A stretch of DNA of 63,835 bases, filler included, from Octopus bimaculoides (lineage: Eukaryota): the NCBI RefSeq assembly GCF_001194135.2. It is 4 parts of 4 records of this genome, joined end to end, with 100 filler letters (N's around TTAATTAATTAA, not from the genome) between each part and the next. Parts side by side here need not be neighbours in the genome. Positions count along the whole stretch, not along the records: positions 38,578 to 61,786 come from NC_068997.1; 3 more parts are not named here. The stretch is one strand, 5' to 3'. The position numbers were made by a program, and so were the translations under genes. The notes under the pieces are model-generated. The model saw only the letters and a program-made list of their open reading frames with translations. It was not told the origin of the DNA and ran no database searches. This document shows positions 39,629 to 50,478 of this stretch, in pieces (position 1 is the first letter of the stretch; each line of letters begins with the position of its first letter).

Positions 39629-39733
39629 CTTGGAAGGCCCTTCTCGCATCTTTTTCATTTGATCTTTGTATTTCTTCAATTCCATATCCAATCTATTGAT
39701 TTTTTTGTCTATTGATTCACCTCTAGAATCAAT
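39629..39733 (-). CDS. CHMP5: CHMP5/Vps60 coding exon 2
   Basis: Long polypyrimidine tract ending ctcacag, then 105 nt encoding [35 protein letters not shown], then a GTAACA donor. Phase 0 at both ends and in frame with exon 1; matches recalled human [35 protein letters not shown]. Confidence 0.95.
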
Positions 39734-40539
39734 CTGTGAGAAATCAAAAAAAGCAAAAGTAAAACAGCATTAACTAAAACGCATAAATGAAAGATGTTTA
39801 ATTTCTTGTCAAATTTCTAAACTGTTATCTAATTTTAATCAGTTTTAACATTTGAATTACAAGTACAATCATAAGAAAAATTATAAAAAGAATTTTAACA
39901 GCAAATGTCATAATAAAATAAATGTAGACTCTGCTAAAGGTAGCCAAGAGTCAGGTGAAGGTGTTAAAACAGAAGTGTCCAAATTTCAATACTGTTTTAC
40001 TCAATAAAGGCAGATATATCAAAGACACCGATTTAGTACTATTCAAAGAATCTTTAGTTTACACACACACACACACACACACACAGTTCCATGATTGACA
40101 TTAGTTTCAATATTGCCGTTGTTACTGATGACACACCCAGAATGATGAATCTCTCTACTGTCTCAATATCTTGCAGACTGATCTTTATGATCATTGTCAT
40201 TTGACAGTCATCTTTTCTAATGTTCATTCTTTTGGTCTTCTCCAAGGATAGTTAAGTGTTGGACTAGCAATCCAATCCCATGAAATAGGAACAGCTACAT
40301 AAAATCTACAGGGGGGGAAGATGGCAATGGACACAATTCAAGAATGACAGACTCTAATGAAAGCCAAATAGAAGTAAGGGTCTCAAAATGCCAAATTCAA
40401 AGTACCAAAAATGTAACATAGCTAGGTATATGGAACATATGAACATCAATTCAAAGTGGAAAAATGAAACAACTTATGAGAGAATTCAGGAGAACCAACA
40501 TTTTGAGAATCAGTTCAACATATCAAACAGTCTTAGTGC

Positions 40540-40870
40540 AGCAGATCAGCTACTGAGAAAGACTCAAGGACTTAAGACTCTACTCCCTAGAATGAAGCCA
40601 GGAAACATATGCTGTTGTATACATCTAGAAGATCCTGAAAGAACTTGTCCCAGACTTGAGCACTGAAAGTTATACTAACACAAGAACAGGGTGCTATTGC
40701 ATAGTGCCAAAGATCCCACCCTTGCTATCAAATATAGGACCAGATATTGCAATAGCTTCAGATTCAAGAGCCCACAACTCTTCAGTATCCTCCTAAAGAG
40801 CTTGAGAGACCGACATAGGGTGGATGTAGATGTCTTCAAAACAGAATTGGATCTCCTATTGTTATGGCAT
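40540..40870 (+). mobile_element. CR1/L2-like LINE ORF2 C-terminal fragment in CHMP5 intron 1
   Basis: ERLKDLRLYSLE...KILKELVPDL...RYCNSFRFKSPQLFSILLKSLRDRHRVDVDVFKTELDLLL. Confidence 0.7.
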
Positions 40871-40879
40871 GCATGATGG

Positions 40880-43790
40880 TTATAGCTTTGGCCCCAAAAA
40901 TGAAGAGGAAACAAGGCTACTGGAGTTTTGTAATGCAAATGATCTCATGATCAGCAACACTAACTTCAGAAAAACCACCCAGCCACCTAATCACTTATCT
41001 GTTTGATGGGAACATATGCCAGGTCAATTACCTCCTCACCAGGCAATGATAGGCTGATGCTCACAGATGAAAAGTCTTTCCCAGGTGAAGAGTGTACACC
41101 CCAACATAATTAGTGACTTCAGAATTAGGGCTAGAGAGACTTGGAGAAATAAACCATGCTGGAAAAGAAGATTATGGAAGTTCAAAGACCCAGCAAACCA
41201 ACAAAAATTTAGAGACATGAGGACAACTTGAAATTCTAGTGGGACAATTTACTGGAGGCCACTGACCAAATTTGTGGCTGGTGCAAAGTCCCATCAAGAC
41301 TGAGGATGACATGGTGGTGGTGGTGGTGGAACAAGGAGGTGGACAGCACTATAAAAGCAAAGAGACAGGCCTGGAAGGACTGGAAAATTGATGAAAGCAG
41401 AGCATTATATCAGGGAGCCAGAAAAGGTTAGGTGACAGGTTTACATAGCAAAAGGAATAGCAGAAGGTAAGAGGCTTGCCAAAGATCTACAGCATGAGGT
41501 GTTCAGGATTGCAAAGCAATGTATCAGAGAGAACAAAGTTGTGGTGGGTGAGAAATGTATACAAATGGATAATGGTATACTTGTGTTTAGTGACTCAGAG
41601 AAGAAAGATGCGTGGAGATGCCATTATGAAACGTTATTAAATGTGGAGAATGATAGGGAGAAGGAAAGTCTTTCAAATACCGAACCAATTGAGGGACCAG
41701 CCATCAAAGTCGATAGCAGTATAATAAATAAGGCAATAAGGATGCGAAGATGGGAAAGCCTCTGGACCATCAGGTATCACTGCCAAGATGATTAAAATAT
41801 CTGGTGGTGTGGGATACAGCCTTGCATAGTTAATCAGAATAAGAATAGGATGGAAGAGATTCAGAGAGCTACTACTACCTCTGTTGGCAAAAGGACTCTC
41901 TCTCAGAGTGAAAGGCAGATTGGATGATGCTTGTGTATGAATGGCTATTCTACATGGTGGTGGAGGCTCTGAATGTGGAGGACATGCGCAGATTGGAGAG
42001 GAATGAAGATAGTATGCTACGTTGGATTTGCAATATCAGTGTGCATGGCTGACAAAGTGCAACTGTGTTGAGAGAAAAGTTAGACATCTCCACGCATCTT
42101 TCTTCTCTGAGTCACAAGCATACCATTATCCATTTGCACACATTTCTCATCCACCACAACTTTGTTCTCTCTGATACACTGCTTTGCAATCCTGAACACC
42201 TCATGCCTCTGATCCTCATGCTGTAGATCTTTGGCAAACTTCTTACCTTCTGCTATTCCTTTTGCTATGTAAACCTGTCACCTAACTGCCCTTCTGGTTG
42301 CCTGATATAATGCTCTGCTTTCATCATCCCTAATGACTGGTATAGTAGCATTATAGTTAGCTGCTACAAGGGTACAGATGATGCCTTACATAGAAACAAC
42401 TACAGAGGTATCAAACTACTAGACAAAGTCGTGAAAATTACAGAGAGAGTTATAGCTCAATTGATAAGGAATAGAATTAAGCTACATGAGATGTAGTTTT
42501 GTTTTGTTCCTGGGAGAAGTAGCACAGATGCCATCTTCATAGTGAGACAGTTGCAAGAAAAGTATATGGCCAAAAGTAAACCACTGTACTTAACTTTTGT
42601 CAACCTGGAGAAAGCTTTCAACAAGATTCCCTACTCTCTTATCTGGTGGTCTCTAAGGAAGCTAAGAGTAGAGGAGTGGCTTGTTAGAGCCGTACAAGCC
42701 ATGCACAGCGATGCTGTCAGTAAGGTGAGAGTCAGCCTTGAATACAATGATTAATTTAGCATACAAATTGTAGTTCACCAGGGATCAGTTCTAAGTGTGC
42801 TCTCATTCATCATAACAGAGAAATTCAAAACTGGATGCCCATGGGAACTGCTATATGCTGATGACCTCACTCTTATTGCAAAATCTGAAGTACAATTGGA
42901 GAAGTTCCAGGTATGGAAGCAAAACCTGGAATCAAAGGCCTTAAAGTTAACCTAGCAAAGACTAAAGTTGTTGTTAGCAAGGAAGCAGATAAGACTCTTT
43001 TTCTGTCAGGTAAATGGTCCTGCTCAATATGTAGGAAAGGAGTAGGAAGTCCATTTGCTGCACACAGTGTAAGCAATGGACGCATAAGAGATGCAATGGA
43101 ATTGCAGGTAGGTTAACAGATAAGATCACTTTCATGTGTGGCAGATGTGAAGGAACAATACGCACTAAGCACACACAAGACTTAGATTATCTCAAATGTT
43201 CAGGAGGCTCTCTTGAAGTAGTAGATAGTTTATGCTATTTAGCTGACCAAATTAGTAATGGTGGTGGATGCTCTGAAAGTATTGTTTCGAGAATAAGAAT
43301 AGGATGGAAGAAGTTCAGAGAGCTACTACTACCTCTGTTGGCAAAAGGACTCTCTCTCAGAATGAAAGGTAGATTGGATGATGCTTGTGTATGAATAGCT
43401 ATTCTACATGATAGTGGAGGCTCTGAGTGTGGAGGACATGTGCAGATTGGAGAGGAATGAAGATAGTATGCTCCATTGGATTTGCAACTTCAATATGCAT
43501 AACTGACAAAGTGCAACTGTATTGAGAGAAAAGTTAGGCGTAAGAGGAATTAAACATGGTATGCAGGAGAGGAGAATGCTTTGGTTTGGACATATGATAC
43601 ATATGAGTGAAGGCAGCTGTATAAAGAAGTGCCTGTCACTGAAAGTGGATGGTACTTGTTGAAGAGGGAGATCCAGGAAGACATGAGATGAAGTGATGAG
43701 GACTGACCTCAAGATGTTAGGGCTCAATGAAATGACAATAGACCAAGATGTCTGGCAAGACCCACCCACATCAGCGAAACTGAATGCAAG
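40880..43790 (+). mobile_element. Decayed RTE-clade LINE (EN C-terminus to RT C-terminus) with an internal complex rearrangement
   Basis: STDAIFIVRQLQEKY...FVNLEKAFNKIP, WELLYADD, KW.CSICRKG finger; homologous to 44566-46115; many stops and few CpGs. Confidence 0.9.
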
Positions 43791-44067
43791 AAGCATGTGA
43801 CAAACTTTTCACACACCCTACCACAAGAAACCAGACTATATTTCCTCTTCTAAACTTTCTCTGCCTCACATTTCCTCTTCATACACTATGATTGTCTCCC
43901 ACTACAAACTGATAACCATTCACAAACAACCATGCTTCCTAGGAGTGACTCACCTACTTCACTACTGTAAAATACAAAACCTGCTGTTCTCCCTCAACAA
44001 AATCCACAAAATAACATTCACTTGCTCTACATGCATCTAACTCAAACCTTGCTTTCACAAGCCCCTT

Positions 44068-44565
44068 ATGGGTCAGTATAATACAGGTATCAAGACCATG
44101 GGAGCGCCTCTCAATCGACTTTTCGGTTCCCTGATATCAACCACACAATACCGCTACTTACTGGTGTTAGTCAATGAGTACTCAAGGTACCCATTTGCAT
44201 ACCCATGCAAAGACACAAGTACTGAAACAGTAATTTCACACTTGCTCAACCTCTTTTCATTGTTTGGATCATTAAGTTTTATCCACTCTGACAGAAGAAC
44301 CCAATTTAATAGTAAGAAGCTCCAGGACTTCCTTCATGCCAACAGGACAATAAAAACTTGAAGATCTCCCTATTGACCTCAAGGTAATGGCCGATGCGAA
44401 AGGGCCAACGGCACTCTCATGAAGACCATAAATCTAGCTCTTAGTTTTCTACAACTCAATAAAGGACAATGGTTGATGGCCCTTCCCATGGCACTATCAG
44501 CCATGAGAGGATTCCTCAGTACAGCTACCAACACAACCTCTCATGAGCGAATATTCAAATTTTCA
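44068..44565 (+). mobile_element. Ty3/Gypsy integrase core fragment
   Basis: YLLVLVNEYSRYPFAYP...IHSDRRTQF...SPY*PQGNGRCERANGTL...W...LP: a decayed D,D(35)E core. Confidence 0.8.
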
Positions 44566-47163
44566 AGATAATGAAAGTCACAGAAAAGGTCATAGCCCAA
44601 CTGATTAGGGAGAGAGTCAGTTTAGATGAGATGCAGTTTGGGTTTGTGCCAGGGAAAAGCACCACTGATGCTATATTTCTGGTAAGGCAGCTGCAGGAAA
44701 AATACCTAGCCAAAGATAAACCTCTGTACCTGGCTTTCGTTGACATGGAGAAAGCCTTTGACAGGGTCCCCCGATCCCTCATCTGGTGGTCAATGAGGAA
44801 ACTTGGGATAGAAGAATGGTTAGTGAGAGCTGTGCGAGCCATGTACAGAGACACTATCAGTAAGGTGAGGGTCGGCAACGAGTACAGTGAAGANNNNNNN
44901 NNNNNNNNNNNNNNNNNNNNNNNNNNNNNNNNNNNNNNNNNNNNNNNNNNNNNNNNNNNNNNNNNNNNNNNNNNNNNNNNNNNNNNNNNNNNNNNNNNNN
45001 NNNNNNNNNNNNNNNNNNNNNNNNNNNNNNNNNNNNNNNNNNNNNNNNNNNNNNNNNNNNNNNNNNNNNNNNNNNNNNNNNNNNNNNNNNNNNNNNNNNN
45101 NNNNNNNNNCCAGGCGATAACAGAGGAATTCAAGACAGGATGCCCCTGGGAGCTCCTCTATGCTGATGACCTTGCACTAATTGCTGAGTCACTATCAGAA
45201 CTAGAGGAGAAGTTTCTGGTGTGGAAGCAAGGACTAGAATCGAAGGGCCTTAGAGTCAACCTAGCAAAAACCAAAGTCCTAATAAGTAGGAAGGTAGACA
45301 ACACCCAAACCCCTTCAGGTAGATGGCCCTGCTCGATCTGTAGAAAAGGCATGGGTAGAAACTCTATAAGATGCTCCCAGTGCAAGCTATGGACACATAA
45401 GAGGTGTAGCAATATCAAAGGAAGGTTAACTAGGAAGTTAGTTCTTGTATGTAGCAGATGTTCAAGAGCTATAAACATTATAAATGTGCAGAAAACAACT
45501 TCTGCCACATTCCAGGGAGAAAAACTAGACGTAGTTGATAGCTTCCTCTATCTAGGTGACCAAGTTAGTAGTGGGGGAGGGTGCGCTGAAAGTGTAGCTG
45601 CTAGACTAAGAATAGCCTGGGCAAAGTTCAGAGAGCTCTTACCTCTGCTGGTGACAAGGGGCCTCTCACTCAGAGTAAAAGGCAGACTGTATGACGCATC
45701 TGTACGAACAGCCATGCTTCATAACAGTGAAACATGGGCCGTGACTGCTGAGGACATGCGTAGGCTCGCAAGGAATGAAGCCAGTATGCTCCGATGGATG
45801 TGTAATGTCAGTGTGCATACTAGACAGAGTATCAGTACCTTGAGAGAAAAGTTGAACTTACGAAGCATCAGTTGTGGTGTGCAAGAGAGACGATTGTGAT
45901 GGTATGGTCACGTAGCGAGAATGGATGAGGATAGCTGTGTGAAAAAGTGCCACACCCTAGCAGTTGAGGGAACCTGTGGAAGAGGTAGGCCCAGGAAGAC
46001 CTGGGATGAGGTAGTGAGGCATGACCATCAAACATTGGGCCTCACCGAGGCGATGACTTCTGACCGAGACCTTTGGAAATATGCTGTGCGTGAGCAGACT
46101 CGGCAAGCCAAGTGAGACCTAAATCTAAGGCCTCAACCAGTCCATTTATGCGTACCTTCCTTCAATGGACACTAAACTCCACTTGCGAACACCTGTTGAG
46201 GCAAGTGAAATCAAAATCGAGTTAAATTGGAAAACTAAACTCCACTTGCAAAGACCGGTTGCGGCAAGTGAAATCGAAATCGAGTTAGATTCGACGTCTG
46301 GCACCCATGCCAACATCATCTCCTTCTTTAGACACAAAACTCAGCTTGCAAAGACTTATTGGGGCAAGCGAAATCGTGAAGGCACCTGTGCCCAGCGTTG
46401 CCTTTCTGGCACTTGTGCCCACAGCATGTGTAAGGACTTTCAAGAGAGATCGTTGCCAGTGCCCCTGGACTGGCTCTTGTGCGGGTGGCACATAAAATAC
46501 ACCATTTTGAGCATGGCCGTTGCCAGTACCACCTGACTGGCCTTCGTGCGGGTGGCACGTAAAAACACCCACTACACTCTCTGAGTGGTCAGTGTTTAGG
46601 AAGGGCACCCAGCTGTAGAAACTCTGCCAATTGGAAATATGCTGTGCGTGAGAAGGTCCGGCAAGCCAAGTGAGACCTAAATCTAAGGCCTCAGCCAGTC
46701 CACTTATGCGCACCTTCCTTCCTTCATTGGACACTAAACTCCACTTGCAAAGACCTGTTGAGGCAAGTGAAATCGAACTAAATTCGACGACTGGCACTCA
46801 TGCCAACGTCGTCTCCCTAATTGGACACGAAACTCAGCTTGCGAAGACTTATTGGGGCAAGCGAAAGCGAAATTGTGATGGCACCTGTGCCCAACGTCGC
46901 CTTTCTGGCACTTGTGCCCGCAGCATGTGTAAGGACTTTCGAGCGAGATTGTTGCCAGTGCCCCTGGACTGGCTCTTGTGCGGGTGACACATGGGAAAAG
47001 CACCCACTACACTCTCTGAGTGGTTGGCGTTAGGAAGGGCATCCAACTGTAGAGACTGCCAAATCAGATTGGAGCCTGGTGTAGCCATCTGGTTTTCACC
47101 AGTCATCTGTCAAATGCTAGCATGGAAAGCGGACGTTAAACGACGATGATGATGATGATGATC
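44566..47163 (+). mobile_element. Young 5'-truncated RTE-clade LINE (RT with embedded PHD-like finger), duplicated 3' end, (GAT)n tail
   Basis: ORF 44571-45899 with FVDMEKAFDRVP and YADD at 45159-45170; a CGA-to-TGA-type stop at 45897, after which the frame continues to 46115; a 3' unit of about 555 bp is repeated from 46632. Confidence 0.92.
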
Positions 47164-49611
47164 AACAGTGGGAACCATTCTACCTGAATTCCTTCCAGTG
47201 GAAGCACAATCTTGCATTGTTGACATCTCAGAAATAAGGGGGATTCACTTGTAGAAAACGTTAAATTGTTGGAGACGATTTCTACCCACTTTGCCCATGT
47301 ACAATTTGGAAACAAACAAATGGATAGTGTCAATACAAAATCTCACTACAGCAGTACACTCTTTCATTTAAGGAAGCAACAATAGCACACAAACACAACA
47401 GACAGAGTTTGACAGAGAACTACAAGATCCACAAATCATCAATCAATAGGGACCTGACAGTACACCAATAGAATCAACATATCAACAAAGAAACAGTGTT
47501 CACAGTTCGGCACATGAAAACATGAGTAGATTAGCCACTGGCAGCGTACCTGAACAAGAATAATACAGGTAACAAAACACCAGCCATTCAAGAACAAAAA
47601 GAGATGAGAAAACAGATTGCTAATATAAGGTTTTTATTTTCTCTATACATGAAAGTGTTGTGGCATGTTATTTAACACCAGAACAGTTGTTGTTGCTTTC
47701 CCTCTGAGAACTGTTGATATCATAATAGTAGTACTAGTATTTAGCAGCAGCTACCCATATGAAGAAAACATTATCACACCATACTTCCCTTAATCATGAA
47801 CAGCTCTCGATTAGAGCCCTCAAAACTGCTCCAATTGTTAGGTCTCACTATCACTAAGGATCTGTTTTAATATAATCACATCCTGGAATGGCATCTCAAT
47901 GAGTGACCTTTCTATTTAGGGCCAGAAGATACTACACCCCCAACAATTATTGATATTCTGCAAAGCTCAGGTGGCGCTCACAATGGAGTATTGCTTTCAC
48001 ATCTGAGACTGTACTGCTGCTGCTACTGCACACACTTCCATCCTAGGCAACATCCAGAATCAGCCCTCTAAATAGCATAAAGCAATTCACAGACATGTAA
48101 TCAGCTCTAACCCTCAAAGAGAGTAGACAGCACATGTCAGGCATGTTCTGTCTCTTCCACTATGCTATAAAAGACTTTGGTGCTTAGAGTTGGCTGAACT
48201 CATGCCACTTCCACTCACACTCTCATCTGGTCTTTCCTCCTTCCATCATCTTTGTTGTGTCTAGTCATCATCCCTAAAAGATGCCTGATGCCAAACACTT
48301 ATCACCAAGCCCAATCTTTCCTCTCCATAACATTGGACCCTCTGGAGATCCCTCCCTTCTCATGTCTTTCTTGCAGTGTTGACTTACTAAAGTTTGAGAG
48401 AAATATTAAAGATCTCAGTCTCAAAAGAAGTAGGTAAAAAAAAAAAAAAAAACGGATGCCAGAGCAACATTTCATTTTGAGATCTAGAAAATGAAACTGC
48501 TTAAGTCAGTATAATAAAATGAAAGCAAATTAATGTTCAGTAGTACTTGACTAAACTAAACAATGAAAGGAAACTAGAAAAATGTTTTCCTTCGAAACAA
48601 AGTTTATTTTGAAGTTGTTTATGTATAGAAGAAATGGCAGACTCTTTTACATGAGAGGCACCTATGAGAATTGTGGACAACATCATTCAAATTAATGAGC
48701 TAACTCAACGGAATTACATCATAAAGGATATTCATATTGTAATGATGAATACTGAAAGCACAATTAGCTTTCTTGCGTTGTTGGAACTAATTCCTAATTA
48801 AGTAGTAGACTGTAATGAACAGAGTCTCAACACCAACTCATTTTGCCTAAGAATTGAACTTTTAGGGGTTCGATAAAATAAGGGCACAAGTAGTACCAAA
48901 ATAAGTACCAGTCAAGTACTAAGGTTGATGTAATGGTTGAAGCCCCTCACCCTAAAATTGCAGGCATTGTACTCAAATTAGAAAGAATTGTTTGGAGAAG
49001 GAAAAAACAATGGACTAAAAACATGAAGTTCATATTACAAACAGCTCTTGCATCCCTTTTAAATACATTCCTTTTCGATATATGAAAACTAGCTGGCGTT
49101 CTGGATCTGACAAATATTAAACAAATACATATTTCCAAAGCGATACTGTAAAAGGTATCTAGGGACACCCGGACAAACTTATTTTACAGTTGTTTCGACG
49201 AGTTAGACTTAACTGCAATAATGAATATAAAAATTGCTATTAGTAATATATTACGGGAAAATATCACAAACAAAAACAATTACTTATGGAATTACAATTT
49301 TTAATTTGTAATTCCATAAGTATAATTTCTGATTAGCTTGTAAATTTTCTTGTTTGTAGAACATGGGTAAGTTCCGCATTTTCCTTAAATAAAAAGTGAA
49401 ACTAGTCTCTATCGAAAAAAGATTTAACAGTCATAATTTGAGTAATTTACAATATTTTCTGCTAAGAAATAATCATTGATCTTAAACTGTTAAACAATTA
49501 TAACTTTGTTTTAAAATTTTTGGTTAAATTGGCAAAAATTTAGGAAATTTAATTGAAGAAAGTAACATTTAATATACGTTAATAAATATAATGAAATTAA
49601 CTGTAACATAC

Positions 49612-49680
49612 ATTACTAATGCAATCATTTAAATTTGCCGGAGGTTCCTTGGGCTTGGCCCTTCCAAATAAACGATTCAT
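49612..49680 (-). CDS. CHMP5: CHMP5/Vps60 (ESCRT-III) coding exon 1
   Basis: Reverse strand reads ttttcaaaATG then [23 protein letters not shown] (69 nt), followed by a GTATGT donor at 49611. Closely matches the CHMP5 N-terminus as I recall it (human [23 protein letters not shown]). Confidence 0.95.
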
Positions 49681-49900
49681 TTTGAAAACTTGACAAGTGT
49701 AGAAACACAAATAATAAATACGATGGCGACAGGAAGTGATGACATAGATATACTACGACTTTCGAAAGAAGATAAGCATCTTCTCTCCCCCCTCTCTCTC
49801 TCTTTCTCTTTGGCGCCATATTACATTAGTCAGTATACAATAGAAAATTACTCCATTCAGTAGCTAAACAAGTTGGAAAGCAGGCGGGGTCTGCATTAGC
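49681..49900 (-). promoter_or_regulatory. CHMP5 5' UTR and proximal promoter with ETS, YY1-like and E2F-like motifs
   Basis: Directly upstream of the ATG: GATGGCG (49722-49728), ACAGGAAGT (49729-49737) and TTTGGCGCCATAT (49809-49821). CpG dinucleotides are retained here, unlike the intron. Confidence 0.55.
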
Positions 49901-50478
49901 ACGCCCACGTAAATTAGATTTTCTCCGTTTTGACGAGGATTTTTCAAATTTTATCAGACACACCGCACTTCAAAATGATTATGATGAGGAAGCTTTTTAT
50001 GAAAAGAATTTTTTTAATATTTCTGATTTTTTTAGCCTTATTCTCCCCTCTCGCCCTACCCCGGAGTCCTCAAGACGAACTTTTTCATTTTTTTTTTTTT
50101 TTGCACTAAGCACTTAAAATCGATAGGACAAGCCTTTCCAAAATTGTTGAGATTCATGAAAACCCAACATTTTGGAAGTTGCTCCCCCTTACGACAGCGA
50201 TCACCATTTCAATCACTAAATGTTCACAATTCTATATTTCTGAGATGAGGAATATAAACAATAGGCCTATATATAGGCCTACTGTTTCTAATAAGTCCAA
50301 GAGTCGGGGAACTTTTTTAACTAATTACCTCAAAATGTATTTATTTACGCCGAAGTTACCCACTTGATTTGAAAGAAAGAAAATCATAGATTCTTTGAAT
50401 TCAAAAGGTCTATTGAACATAACGTCTCCTAAACACGTCCATTATATTGGACAGATGCAGTATTGCAGAATAAAAATT

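Noticed and set aside
47170-47560. Splice-like signals in CHMP5 intron 1 (e.g. TTCTTGTTCAG, CAG|GTAGAA)
   Set aside because: Exons 1 and 2 already join into contiguous CHMP5 sequence, and the translations match nothing I recognise.
49723-49863. Plus-strand ATGGCG ORF opposite the CHMP5 5' UTR
   Set aside because: Runs through a CT microsatellite and stops early; better read as promoter motifs.
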